This document shows positions 46,727 to 56,124 of a stretch of 64,000 nucleotides of DNA, in pieces. The notes under the pieces were generated by a model. That model was not told the origin of the DNA. It saw only the letters and a program-made list of their open reading frames with translations, and ran no database searches. The DNA lies in the NCBI GenBank assembly GCA_041486305.1, contig JBGPLG010000007.1, positions 12,801 to 76,800 on the forward strand, given 5' to 3'. A program made the translations under genes and the position numbers. Positions within the stretch are counted from its first letter, which is position 1, and each line of letters starts with the position of its first letter. Source of the DNA: Gemmatimonadota bacterium. GTDB lineage: Bacteria; Gemmatimonadota; Gemmatimonadetes; Gemmatimonadales; GWC2-71-9.

Positions 46727-49707
46727 GCCTGTACCCTGGCGAGGTAGGTGATGCTGGACCGCACGTTGATCTCCTCCAGCACGTGATACCCGCGGTGGTC
46801 TTCCTTGGCCTTGACCACCCGGCTCTCCGGGTCGTTGACGTTGCCGAACACGATGGCGCCGGAAGGGCAGGCCTGCTGGCACGCCGTCACCACGTCGCCG
46901 TCCTTGAGCGGGCGGTCCTCCAGGCGCGCCTGGTGCTGCGCGCCGCGGATCCGCTGCACGCAGAAGGTGCACTTCTCCATGACCCCGCGGGCCCGGACCG
47001 TCACATCCGGATTGAGCTGCAGGTTCAGCGGCTCGGCGAAGGCGCGCTTGGCGAAGGGGAACCAGTTGAAATAGCGGACCTTGTAGGGGCAGTTGTTGCT
47101 GCAGTAGCGGGTGCCGACGCAGCGGTTGTACACCTGGCCGTTCAAGCCGTCGGCGGTATGGTAGGAGGCATACACCGGGCAGACCGGCTCGCAGGGGGCG
47201 TTCTCGCAGTGCTGGCAGAGCATCGGGATCACCCGCGCTCCGAACGCCTCGCCGGGCTCGGTCCCGCCCTCCCAGTACCGCTCGATCCGCATCCAGCTCA
47301 TCTCCCGGCCGCGGAGCACGTTCTCGTAGCCCACCCAGGGAATGTTGTTCTCCGAATAGCAGGCGGTGACGCACGAGGCGCACCCGGTGCACCTGGCCAG
47401 GTCGATCGCCATCCCCCAGCGCGGGTTCTCCGCGGCGTAGGCGCCGAACTTCCGCTTTTCCAGCTGCTTCTCGCGGAAGCCGCCGATGGCTTCCCTTTCC
47501 CGCTCCGTGTTGACCTCGTGCTCCTCCTCGCCCACCTGTTTGAGCGATTCCTCCACCGTGTAATGCTTCTCGGCGTGGACCAGCGGCATCGCCTCGGCGA
47601 TATGCCGGCCCAGCTGCCGGGGGTTCCCGTCGGTGCGCGCGAGCTGGTGGTACTCGCGGGTCTTCTCGATCTCGACCTTGACGCTCACGTAGGGCAGGAA
47701 GCCGTCGCCGCCCTTCGGCCCGAGGAGATCGAGCGCATTGGCCCCCAGCCCCTTGGCATACTCCCCGTATTCGGTATGGCCCAGGCCCAGGCCCATCGCC
47801 ACCACATCGGGGCGCACGCCGGGGTAGACATACGCCGGCGCGGAGACCTCGCCATGGGGCGACCTGAGCCGGAGCACTTCGCCGTCCCGGACGTCGAGCC
47901 GCTTGGCGGTCTCCGGATGGAGCTCGATCCAGGAGCCCCAGGTGATCTTGGTGACCGGGTCGGGATTTTCCAGCAGCCAGGGCCGATTGGCGCCGCGTCC
48001 GTCGTGATACATGGAAGACGGCACCGGCAGAAAGACAAATTCCCCGTTGCCCTCCAGCGCCGGCGCGGTCCAGGTCATGCCCAAGGCGCCGGCCGCCAGC
48101 TTGACCGCGGGGGCCGGGGGCGCCGCATCGTAGAGCCCGCCCCGGGCCAGCGCGTCGCGCCAGGCCTGGGCAGGGTCGGTGCCCCGCGTCAGCCCGGCCC
48201 ACTTCTGCTTGAGGTGCGCCTCGAACGAAACGGCGTTGAACTGCGCCAGCGGGCCGCCCGCCTTCTGCGACGCCTTGAGCAGCACGTCGCCGGTGTGCAT
48301 GGTCTTGAAGACCGGCGTCATCACCGGCTGCATCAGCCCGCGCACGCCGGCCCGGGGCGCCAGGTCGTCCCAGCGCTCCAGGGCATGATGATTGGGGAGC
48401 AACAAGTCGCAGGCCGCGGCGGTCTCGTCGAGGAAGAGCGCGGTGCTCACCTTGAACGGTACCTTGGCCATCGCGGCGGCGAACCCGGCGCTCTTCGGCA
48501 GGCTGTAGGCGGGGTTGCAGTCGTGGACCAGGAGCACCGAGACCTGTCCCGCGTTCATCGCGGTGATCAGGGCCTCCATCGCGCCGTAACCGTCGGTGGT
48601 GGGCATTCCGGCCCCGAACCGCACCGTCTTCCCCACGTTACCGGCGACGTAGTTGAGCAGGTTCACCGCCGCGGCCACTTCGGTGGCGCCGCGATGCTGG
48701 GCCCCGACCCCTCCGGCCACCGCGAGACTCGGGCTCGCCGAGGCGAATTCCCGGGCCAGCTTCCGCACCGCCTCGGTGGTCATCCCGGTGGCCTGGGCCA
48801 CCTTCTCCGGCGTCCACGCCGCAAGCCCCGCTGCCAGCGCCCGGGCATCGGCCGGAGCGGTGGTGCGCTCGGAGAGGATCACGTTGGCCATCCCGAGGGC
48901 CAGCGCCGCCTCGGTGCCCGCGACGATCGGGTGCCACTCGTCGGCGTTCATGCCGGTGAGGTTCATCCGGGGGCCGGCGTACACCAGCTTGGCCATTCCG
49001 GTACCGTCGAAGCCGTGGGCCGCAGCGAATCCCCGCTGCTGCTCGACGACCGGACCCCAGGTCTCCAGGAAATCAGCCCCGAACGACACGATGTACCTGG
49101 CCTGGGCGAACTCGTACACCGGCAGCTCATCCAGGCCGAAGACCTGTTTGTTGGCGGCGCGCTCGGGGGCGCGATCGAACGCCTCGTAGCGCACCAGCTT
49201 CCCGCCCAGCGCGGCGGTCCACGAGGCCAGCAGGTCCGAAAAAGTCCCGGGCCCCGCGCCGCTGATCACCGCCACCTTGCCGGCCGCGGCGCCGAGCTTC
49301 TGGGAGAGGCGTCCGATCGCGTCGTCCCAGGTGAGGTTCTTCAGCGCGCTCCCTTCCTTCACCACCGGGCCCCTGGTCCGGCCGGGGTTGTAGAGCCCCT
49401 GGAGGCCGGCCTGGCCGCGATGACAGAGGGTGCCCGCATTGACCGGGTGGGCAGGATTGCCTTCCAGCTTGATGGCCCGCGCCTCGCGGGTCTTGACGTG
49501 CAGGCCGCAGCCGGCGGCGCATTCGGTGCAGGTGCTGGCGTACCAGGTCGGGATGCCGGGCACCTGGTCTTCGTCCTGCACCAGATAGGGAATCAGCTTC
49601 TCCACTTTCCCGGTGGAACAGCCGGACAACGCGGCCGCGCCGGCCCCGGTGACCCCGAGGACGGTCAGGAAGCGGCGGCGATCGATGTCCTGGGTCTCGT
49701 CGGTCAT
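46723..49707 (-). CDS. actB: Alternative Complex III subunit ActB (fused molybdopterin-oxidoreductase-like B1 plus 4Fe-4S ferredoxin B2)
   Basis: 994 aa with a Tat-type N-terminus (DRRRFLTVLGVTGAGAAALSGC). Fe-S motifs: CTGCASCVTAC, CQHCENAPCEPVCP, CVGTRYCSNNCPYKV and CTFCVQR. Confidence 0.9.
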
Positions 49708-49726
49708 CTACTCTCCCCGCTCACCG

Positions 49727-50362
49727 TTAGTAATGGCATGCGGTGCAGTCCCGGGTGACGTTGCGTGCGAGGTGACAGCTCACGCAGAAACCCATGTTGT
49801 TCACGTTGTTCACCTTGAAGACCTGGGGCATCCGGGCGACGTCGCCGTGACAGGTCTGGCAGGCGTTGGGACCCATCACCTTGATGTGCCGCATATGCGG
49901 GAAGTGCACGTACCGGGCAAGGGTGTGGATCCGGGTCCATTCCAGTTTCGGCTTGGCCGTGTCGGCCCGCTCGGCCCAGAACTGCTTGAGCTTCCTGATC
50001 TCCGCCTTGTGGGTGGAATCCACCCCGCCCACCACCAGGTGGCAACCCATGCAGGTCTCCACCGAAGGGATCCCCGGCTCGCTCGAGCGATTCACGGTGT
50101 AGTGGCAGTACTGGCACTGCATCTTGAGCTGACCGGCGTGGATGTCGTGCCGGAAGAAGATCGGCTGGCGCGGGCCCTTGAGGTTCGACGAGTCGCCCTT
50201 CGCGAGGCGAGGAGCGGTGGTGGAATCGATCGCCGGCTTCTGTTGCGCACCGCTCCGACGGAGCGCCGGTACCAATGCTCCCACGGCGATCGCACCTGCG
50301 ATGACGCCGAGACCCAAGAGCTTCCGCATGCGAGCGATCCGTCGCGAGGGGTGAGCGACCAT
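49727..50362 (-). CDS. actA: Alternative Complex III subunit ActA (pentahaem cytochrome c)
   Basis: It has five CxxCH sites: CQYCH, CMGCH, CQTCH, CVSCH and CTACH. An N-terminal TM anchor is present. An alternative start is the ATG at 50329 (MRKLLGLGV). Confidence 0.9.
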   Translation of the reverse strand: MVAHPSRRIARMRKLLGLGVIAGAIAVGALVPALRRSGAQQKPAIDSTTAPRLAKGDSSNLKGPRQPIFFRHDIHAGQLKMQCQYCHYTVNRSSEPGIPSVETCMGCHLVVGGVDSTHKAEIRKLKQFWAERADTAKPKLEWTRIHTLARYVHFPHMRHIKVMGPNACQTCHGDVARMPQVFKVNNVNNMGFCVSCHLARNVTRDCTACHY

Positions 50363-50405
50363 ACGTCTGGCTGCCGGGCCCCGTGCGGCAAGCCTGGACG
50401 CCTAT

Positions 50406-50423
50406 TTGTGAAATCTTTCACGA
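50406..50423. promoter_or_regulatory. Near-palindrome TTGTGAAA-TC-TTTCACGA (one arm mismatch), same motif as at 39616
   Basis: Read directly from the sequence. Its centre lies 52 nt upstream of the actA ATG at 50362, or 85 nt upstream of the alternative ATG at 50329. Confidence 0.4.
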
Positions 50424-50523
50424 GGAGCCTCGCCGCGCAAGTCGAGGCGGCGCAAGGCGGGACGGGGGAGATAATAGTGGGGCGCGCACGGTTGAGGAAT
50501 GGGGTGCTGCGGGGAATCCGGGA

Positions 50524-51366
50524 TCAGGATCGCGGGGGATCCGGGAGCTCCTGATCGCCGGATTCCCCGAGGCCCGAATCCCCCAGCCTCCCCACCTCCC
50601 TGAGCCGCTCGGGAAGCTCGAACGGCGTCCCCTTCCGCTCCATGAACCGTACCGTCTCCAGCGCCATGGCGCGGATGAGCGACGCTTCCCGCCAATCGAG
50701 GTCGGCGCGGAAGAACACCTCCCGGACCGAACGCATCACCACCTCGGTGCGCCGGGTCTTGAAGAAATCGATGGCCCAGAGCGTTCGCTCCCAGTCGCGG
50801 AAGAGCAGCTCCAGCCGGCCGCTCGGCGCCGGCGGCGCATTGCGGCGGGGCGGCTTCCGGGGCGTCTCCTCGCCGGTGCGGGCCAGCCAGGTCTCATAGA
50901 GAAGAATTCCGACCGCTTGCGCTAGGTTGAGCGAGCGGTGCCCCGGCACGGTCGAGATGGTCACCAGGGCGTGGCACTGGTCGAGCTCCTCGTTGGTGAG
51001 GCCCCGATCCTCCCGCCCCGCGACCAGCGCGACGGGCCCCTCGGTGCTGCGAGCCGCCAGCTCCAGCGAGGCGGCGCGGGGACGAAGCAGGCTCCGCTTG
51101 GCGGTGCGCTCCCGGGCGGTCAGCGCCGTCAGGTACACGCAGTCTTCGGTTGCCTGGGCCAGGGTGTCGTGCAGGGTGATGCGGGCGACCAGGTCGGCGG
51201 TGTTGTGGGCGATCCCTTCGATCCGCCAGGGGTCGAACACGGCGGGATTGACCAGCCGGAGCTGCTCGATGCCGAAGTTCTTGGCCAGCCGCACGGCGCC
51301 GGCAATGTTGACGATGTCCTGGGGACCGACGAGGACGAGTATCGGTGGTGGGAGCGGCTCGCTCAC
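50524..51366 (-). CDS. SpoU/TrmH-family RNA 2'-O-methyltransferase (TrmJ-like)
   Basis: The GTG start at 51366 overlaps the pilT stop (GTGA). Motifs: ILVLVGPQDIVNIAGAVRLAKNFG, VALVAGREDRGLTNEEL and LNLAQAVGILLYE. Confidence 0.8.
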   Translation of the reverse strand: MSEPLPPPILVLVGPQDIVNIAGAVRLAKNFGIEQLRLVNPAVFDPWRIEGIAHNTADLVARITLHDTLAQATEDCVYLTALTARERTAKRSLLRPRAASLELAARSTEGPVALVAGREDRGLTNEELDQCHALVTISTVPGHRSLNLAQAVGILLYETWLARTGEETPRKPPRRNAPPAPSGRLELLFRDWERTLWAIDFFKTRRTEVVMRSVREVFFRADLDWREASLIRAMALETVRFMERKGTPFELPERLREVGRLGDSGLGESGDQELPDPPRS

Positions 51367-52817
51367 GCCTCGCCCAGAAAGCTGGTGTTGACGCCCTTGG
51401 CCTTGAGGGAGGCCAGGAGTCCGGTTTTTTCCGCGGACTTGAGGTAGGCCTCTCGCGGCTCGATGGCGCCGGATTCCACTAGCTCCAGCAACGCGTCGTT
51501 CAGCGTCACCATGCCCATCTTGCGGTTGGTCTGCATGATGGAGGGGATCTGGAAGGTCTTCCCTTCCCGGATCAGGTTGGCCACCGCCGGAATGGAGAGC
51601 AACACCTCCCGTGCCGCCACCCGTCCCCCGCCGACCTTCTTGCACAGCACCTGGGCCACCACGCCCCGCAACGACTCCGAGAGCATGACCCGGATCTGCG
51701 ATTGCCGGTCCGAGGGGAACTGGTCGATGATCCGATCCAGCGTCGACGCGGCGGTCGTCGTGTGCAGGGTGCCGAGCACCAGATGCCCGGTCTCGGCGGT
51801 CTCGATGGCAATGGAGATGGTCTCCAGGTCCCGCATCTCGCCGACCAGCACCACATCGGGATCCTCCCGAAGGGCGGCCCGGAGCGCGGCCTTGAACGAC
51901 TTGGTGTGCAGCCCGACCTGGCGCTGGGTAACCAGGCAGCGCTTGCTCTGGTGCACGAACTCGATCGGGTCTTCGATGGTGATGAGATGATCGGAACGGC
52001 TCCGGTTGATCAGATCCACCATCGCCGCCAGCGTGGTGGATTTTCCCGAGCCCGTGGGCCCGGTCACCAGGACCAGGCCGCGATTGAGTGAACAGAGAGC
52101 CTGGACCTGGGGCGAGAGGCCCAGGTCCTCCACGGTCCTGATCTCGGCGGGGATCTGCCGGAAGACCGCCAGCGCGCCCCGGCGCTCCAGGCCGGCATTG
52201 CAGCGGAAGCGGGCGACTCCCTCGACCTCGAAGGCCCAGTCCACGTCGTTTTCGCGCTGGAAGGTCTCCCAAGGCTCGGCGCCCATGATGCTCCGGAGCA
52301 GGAGGCCGAGCAGCGCCCCGTCAACCGGCGGCTCCTCCAGCCGGAGCAGCTCGCCGTCCTTGCGGAGAATCGGGATCGAATCGGTGCCGAGATGCAGATC
52401 GGAGCCACCCGATTCCACCATCCGGCGGAGCAGCCGCTCCATCTCTTTCCGCGGGCCGGTCAGGTCGGGTTCGGCTACTTTCGCATCCGGCGCCGCGGCC
52501 GGCGCTGCTTCGCCCGCGCCAGTCGACCGCAGGGTGGCGCCGAAGCCGCCTTCCTCCGGCGCCAATGCCACTTCGATGGGGCCGATCGGGCTCTCGTACG
52601 CAAAGCTGAACCGGGCCTGGGCGACGATCCGAGCGGCGATGGCCGGCGAGGCGATTTCCTTGAGCAGCGCGGTGACCTGCGACTCGGTGAGCGGATCCTT
52701 GGTCACCGGCTGCAGCACTGCACCACGCGCCAGCCGGACCGGTTTACCGGTGCCCAGCCGGAGCGAGTCCGCTCCGTGCTGTTTCATGGCGGTCAGGAAG
52801 CGGTCGATCCGAGGCAC
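51363..52817 (-). CDS. pilT: PilT/PilU-family secretion ATPase with an extra N-terminal PilT-N-like domain
   Basis: Motifs: Walker A GPTGSGKST, Walker B DVVLVGEMRD, AIETAETGHLVLGTLHT, and AVANLIREGK. I take the start as the GTG at 52817 (VPRIDRFL...). The ORF is open to 52880, which would overlap the upstream gene by 56 nt. Confidence 0.8.
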   Translation of the reverse strand: MPRIDRFLTAMKQHGADSLRLGTGKPVRLARGAVLQPVTKDPLTESQVTALLKEIASPAIAARIVAQARFSFAYESPIGPIEVALAPEEGGFGATLRSTGAGEAAPAAAPDAKVAEPDLTGPRKEMERLLRRMVESGGSDLHLGTDSIPILRKDGELLRLEEPPVDGALLGLLLRSIMGAEPWETFQRENDVDWAFEVEGVARFRCNAGLERRGALAVFRQIPAEIRTVEDLGLSPQVQALCSLNRGLVLVTGPTGSGKSTTLAAMVDLINRSRSDHLITIEDPIEFVHQSKRCLVTQRQVGLHTKSFKAALRAALREDPDVVLVGEMRDLETISIAIETAETGHLVLGTLHTTTAASTLDRIIDQFPSDRQSQIRVMLSESLRGVVAQVLCKKVGGGRVAAREVLLSIPAVANLIREGKTFQIPSIMQTNRKMGMVTLNDALLELVESGAIEPREAYLKSAEKTGLLASLKAKGVNTSFLGEA

Positions 52818-52824
52818 GGTCGGC

Positions 52825-53304
52825 TCAATCCAGGGGTGTAACGAGACGGACGTGGATGCGGTTGATGAACCGCATCGCATCCTGGTCGACCAGGCAGAAG
52901 AAACCCTGGTCGTGGTTCAGATAGTCGAGCACCCGGGCCCGATCCGGCGGCAGCTCGGAAGTCACCGCGCCCACGAACCCGGTGCCATCGGAGAGCTCGA
53001 CCTGCATGCCCAGGGTCCGCGCGGCCTCGACCCGGTCGACATCGTCGGTGTGCAGAACGGTCCGGACGGTGACCGCGAGCACCTGGCTCTTGGCCACGAA
53101 GATGGAGCGGTTTTCCGAAGTAATGGGAAGAAACGGCTCGTGCCGGTTGAGAGCCTCTTCGGGAGTCTCCGGGCCGGAATGGAACGAGGCCATCGGCTGA
53201 AGATGGAGAAACCCGTCGAGCGTGCGTCCACCGGTCACCAGAACTTCGGCGCGGACCCGTAAGGTGTTGCCCCAGGGATGCGATCCCGGCTCGAGTGCCA
53301 TCAT
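52825..53304 (-). CDS. Hypothetical cytoplasmic protein (159 aa) with an apparent two-module internal repeat
   Basis: The start is at the MM codons at 53304/53301. Upstream of that, the ORF (to 53523) is Arg/Pro/Ser junk. The sequence is MMALEPGSHPWGNTLRVRAEVLVTGGRTLDGFLHLQ...INRIHVRLVTPLD. I recognise no family. Confidence 0.5.
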   Translation of the reverse strand: MMALEPGSHPWGNTLRVRAEVLVTGGRTLDGFLHLQPMASFHSGPETPEEALNRHEPFLPITSENRSIFVAKSQVLAVTVRTVLHTDDVDRVEAARTLGMQVELSDGTGFVGAVTSELPPDRARVLDYLNHDQGFFCLVDQDAMRFINRIHVRLVTPLD

Positions 53305-53353
53305 GTGCGCGGAAGCTGGCGAGTGGCCCCGACGGGGGCAAGCCCCGGCCCTC

Positions 53354-54241
53354 TCAGCCGCGGATCTCGGTCCCGGTCCGGCGCTCCTGGAGCCGGATCG
53401 GCTCGAGGTAGTCTGCGTCTTCCCCCAGGGCGGTGCGGGCCTCGTGCAGCAGCTCCCGGGCGCGGTCCAGCAGGGGGGCGTCGAGACCCAGCTCCGCCAG
53501 CTGCGCCAGACAGATTCCGACATCCTTGTCGAGCAGGGCGAGCCGGAACGTCTTGGGCCACGCGCCGGTGAGCACCCGGTCCGGCACCAGGGCCTCGCTC
53601 ACGAAGGAGCGGCCGCTCGAGGCGTTGAGCGTCTCCACCGCAATCCGCGCATTCACGCCGGCCTTTACCAGGGCGGTGAGACTCTCGCCCAGGGCCAGGA
53701 TGTTCACCCCGAGGAGGGTGTTATTCACCGCCTTCATCGCGTCGCCGGTGCCGAGCGGGCCCATGTGGACGATGCGTTTGCCGAACGCCCGCAGCACCGG
53801 CATCGCGCGCTCGAAGGTCGCTGGATCCCCACCTACCATCACGGTCAACGTGCCGGCTTCCGCGCCGTTGGTGCCCCCGCTCACTGGAGCGTCCGCGAAC
53901 GACACGCCCCGCTTCGCGAGCCGGGCCGCGATGCGCCTGGTGGTGGCGGCGTCGCCCGAGGTGCAATCCAGGAACAGGGTGCCCGGAGCCAGGCCGGCCT
54001 CGAGCCCGTCGGCGCCGTCGAGCAGGCCCTCGACATCCCGCGAGGTGGGGAGGCAGGTGATCACCACCTCGGCGCCGGTGGCGGCCTCGCGGGGCGTGGT
54101 CGCGGCGCGGGCGCCGTGATCTGCCGCAAAGGTCCGGGCCCGCTCGGCGGTCCGGTTCCAGACGGTGAGCTGGTGCAGCTTGGCCACCCGGGCCGCCATG
54201 GGGCGACCGATGGCGCCGAGTCCGAGGAATGAGATTCGCAT
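53354..54241 (-). CDS. NAD(P)-dependent 3-hydroxyisobutyrate/6-phosphogluconate dehydrogenase-family oxidoreductase
   Basis: It starts MRISFLGLGAIGRPMAARV (Rossmann fold) and contains FADAPVSGGTNGAEAGTLTVMVGG and GTGDAMKAVNN. The ORF track's extension to 54664 is artefactual. Confidence 0.9.
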   Translation of the reverse strand: MRISFLGLGAIGRPMAARVAKLHQLTVWNRTAERARTFAADHGARAATTPREAATGAEVVITCLPTSRDVEGLLDGADGLEAGLAPGTLFLDCTSGDAATTRRIAARLAKRGVSFADAPVSGGTNGAEAGTLTVMVGGDPATFERAMPVLRAFGKRIVHMGPLGTGDAMKAVNNTLLGVNILALGESLTALVKAGVNARIAVETLNASSGRSFVSEALVPDRVLTGAWPKTFRLALLDKDVGICLAQLAELGLDAPLLDRARELLHEARTALGEDADYLEPIRLQERRTGTEIRG

Positions 54242-54271
54242 GGGAGGAATATATCGGAGTATTCTCCAGCG

Positions 54272-55060
54272 ATGACCGAGCACCGATCTCCCTGGGCCCT
54301 CGCGGTGTGGCTGCTCGCGGCACTCCTGGTGCTCTTCGTGGCCGGCCCGCTGCTGCGTTTGCTGTTCCTGGCCACGCCCACGAGCCTGGGCGAAGCCTTC
54401 CGGGACCGGGAGCTGCTGGCCTCGATCTGGCTGACCATCCTCACCGCCTCGGCGGCGACCATCCTCTCGCTGCTGCTCGGGGTGCCGCTCGCCTACCTGC
54501 TGACCCGGGTGCCCTTTCCCGGGCGCCGGATCATCGCCGGCATCGTGGAGCTGCCGGTGGTCGTGCCCCACCCGGTGGCGGGCATCGCGCTGCTGCTCTT
54601 CCTGGGGCGGCAATCGCCGATCGGACGGGTGCTGGCCGACGCGGGGCTCGAAATCGTCAATCACGTCGCCGGCATCGTCGCGGGCATGCTCTTCGTCTCC
54701 GCGCCGATCGTGGTGAGCGCCGCGCGAGAGGCCTTTCGCGCGGTGGACCCGAAGCTCGAGCGGGTGGCCCGCACCCTGGGAGACACGGGCTGGCAGGCCT
54801 TTCGCCGGGTCACGCTCCCGCTGGCCGGTCGAGGGGTGCTGGCGGGGGCGGTGCTGGGGTGGGCCCGGAGCGTCAGCGAGTTCGGCTCGATCGTGATCCT
54901 GACGTTCAATCCCAAGGTCGCCAGCATTCTCATCTACGATCGCTTTACTCTGTTTGGCCTTCCGGCGGCCGTGCCGGCCGCGGTCGTGCTCCTGTTGATG
55001 GCGCTGGCGGTATTCGTAGTCGTGCAGCTGCTCGCGCCGGACCGGGCGGCCCGCCGGTGA
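54272..55060 (+). CDS. ABC importer permease (molybdate/tungstate/sulfate CysTW-ModB type)
   Basis: 262 aa with six TM segments. The EAA-like loop is AREAFRAVDPKLERVARTLG and the motif ARSVSEFGSIVIL is present. Confidence 0.85.
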   Translation: MTEHRSPWALAVWLLAALLVLFVAGPLLRLLFLATPTSLGEAFRDRELLASIWLTILTASAATILSLLLGVPLAYLLTRVPFPGRRIIAGIVELPVVVPHPVAGIALLLFLGRQSPIGRVLADAGLEIVNHVAGIVAGMLFVSAPIVVSAAREAFRAVDPKLERVARTLGDTGWQAFRRVTLPLAGRGVLAGAVLGWARSVSEFGSIVILTFNPKVASILIYDRFTLFGLPAAVPAAVVLLLMALAVFVVVQLLAPDRAARR

Positions 55061-56124
55061 TCCGCCTCGAGGCCGTGTCGGTCAAGCTGGGCGCCTTCGC
55101 CCTGGAGCAGGTGTCGCTGGCGGTGCCGCCGTCGGGGTACGGCCTGGTGATCGGCCCGACCGGATCGGGCAAGACCACGCTCCTCGAGGCCATCGCGGGT
55201 CATGTGCGCCTCGACGGCGGCAGGATTCTGCTGCGGGGTGAGGATGTGACTCGCGCCGCGCCGGAGACCCGCCGGGTCGGGTTCGTGTACCAGCAGTATC
55301 ACCTGTTTCCCCACTTCACGGTGCGGGAGAACATCGGGTACGGGATCAGGGACCACGGGGCGGGGGTCAGGAATCAGCGGGTTCGTGAACTGGCCGAGAT
55401 GCTGGGTTTGATCCCGCTGCTCGACCGCAGGGTCCACGGACTGTCGGGAGGAGAGCAGCAGCGGATCGCGCTGGCCCGGGCGCTGGCGCCGCGGCCCAGC
55501 ATCCTCCTGCTCGACGAGCCCTTCGCCGCGGTCGATCCCGCGACCCGGCGCGCGCTGCGGCGCGAGCTCGGCATCCTGCACGAGCGGGAGGGCGTCACCA
55601 CGTTGCAAGTGACCCACGACTTCGAAGACGCGATGCGGCTCGGAGATGTGGTGGCGGTGCTGGCCGGAGGACGGATCGCCCAGTCTGGCCCGCCGGAAAC
55701 CGTCTTCCGCTATCCCAATTCGCCGTTCGTGGCCGAGTTCATCGGAACCGGCACGGTGCTGAAGGGGACGGTGGAGCGAGCCGGTCCGGCGGAGCCCGGA
55801 GAGAAGAACTTCGCCGCCCGATTCCGTTCCGGCGGGCTCCTGCTGGAAGTCGTGGCCGAGCGGGAGGGCGACGCCTACGCGGTGCTCCGCCCGGCCGACC
55901 TGCTGCTGAGCAAGGACCGCTCGGCGGGCCCGGCCCCGCGAAACCGCCTCGCGGCGACGGTGGTCCGGGTGGAACGCGGGTCCGCGGTGGCCCTGGTGTA
56001 CCTCGACGTGGCGGGTACCGCGCTGGTGGCCGCGGTCACCTCCGCGACCGCCGAGGAGATGTCGCTCGCGCCGGGTGACTCGATCGTGGTTTCGGTCAAG
56101 GCCACCGCGATTCACCTGATCTGA
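55057..56124 (+). CDS. ABC importer ATPase with C-terminal TOBE-like domain (ModC/WtpC-like)
   Basis: The GTG start overlaps the permease stop (GTGA). Motifs: Walker A GPTGSGKTT, signature LSGGEQQRIALARA, Walker B LLLDEPFAAVD. The C-terminal OB/TOBE-like tail reads RNRLAATVVRVERGSAVALVYLDV...IVVSVKATAIHLI. Confidence 0.9.
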   Translation: MIRLEAVSVKLGAFALEQVSLAVPPSGYGLVIGPTGSGKTTLLEAIAGHVRLDGGRILLRGEDVTRAAPETRRVGFVYQQYHLFPHFTVRENIGYGIRDHGAGVRNQRVRELAEMLGLIPLLDRRVHGLSGGEQQRIALARALAPRPSILLLDEPFAAVDPATRRALRRELGILHEREGVTTLQVTHDFEDAMRLGDVVAVLAGGRIAQSGPPETVFRYPNSPFVAEFIGTGTVLKGTVERAGPAEPGEKNFAARFRSGGLLLEVVAEREGDAYAVLRPADLLLSKDRSAGPAPRNRLAATVVRVERGSAVALVYLDVAGTALVAAVTSATAEEMSLAPGDSIVVSVKATAIHLI

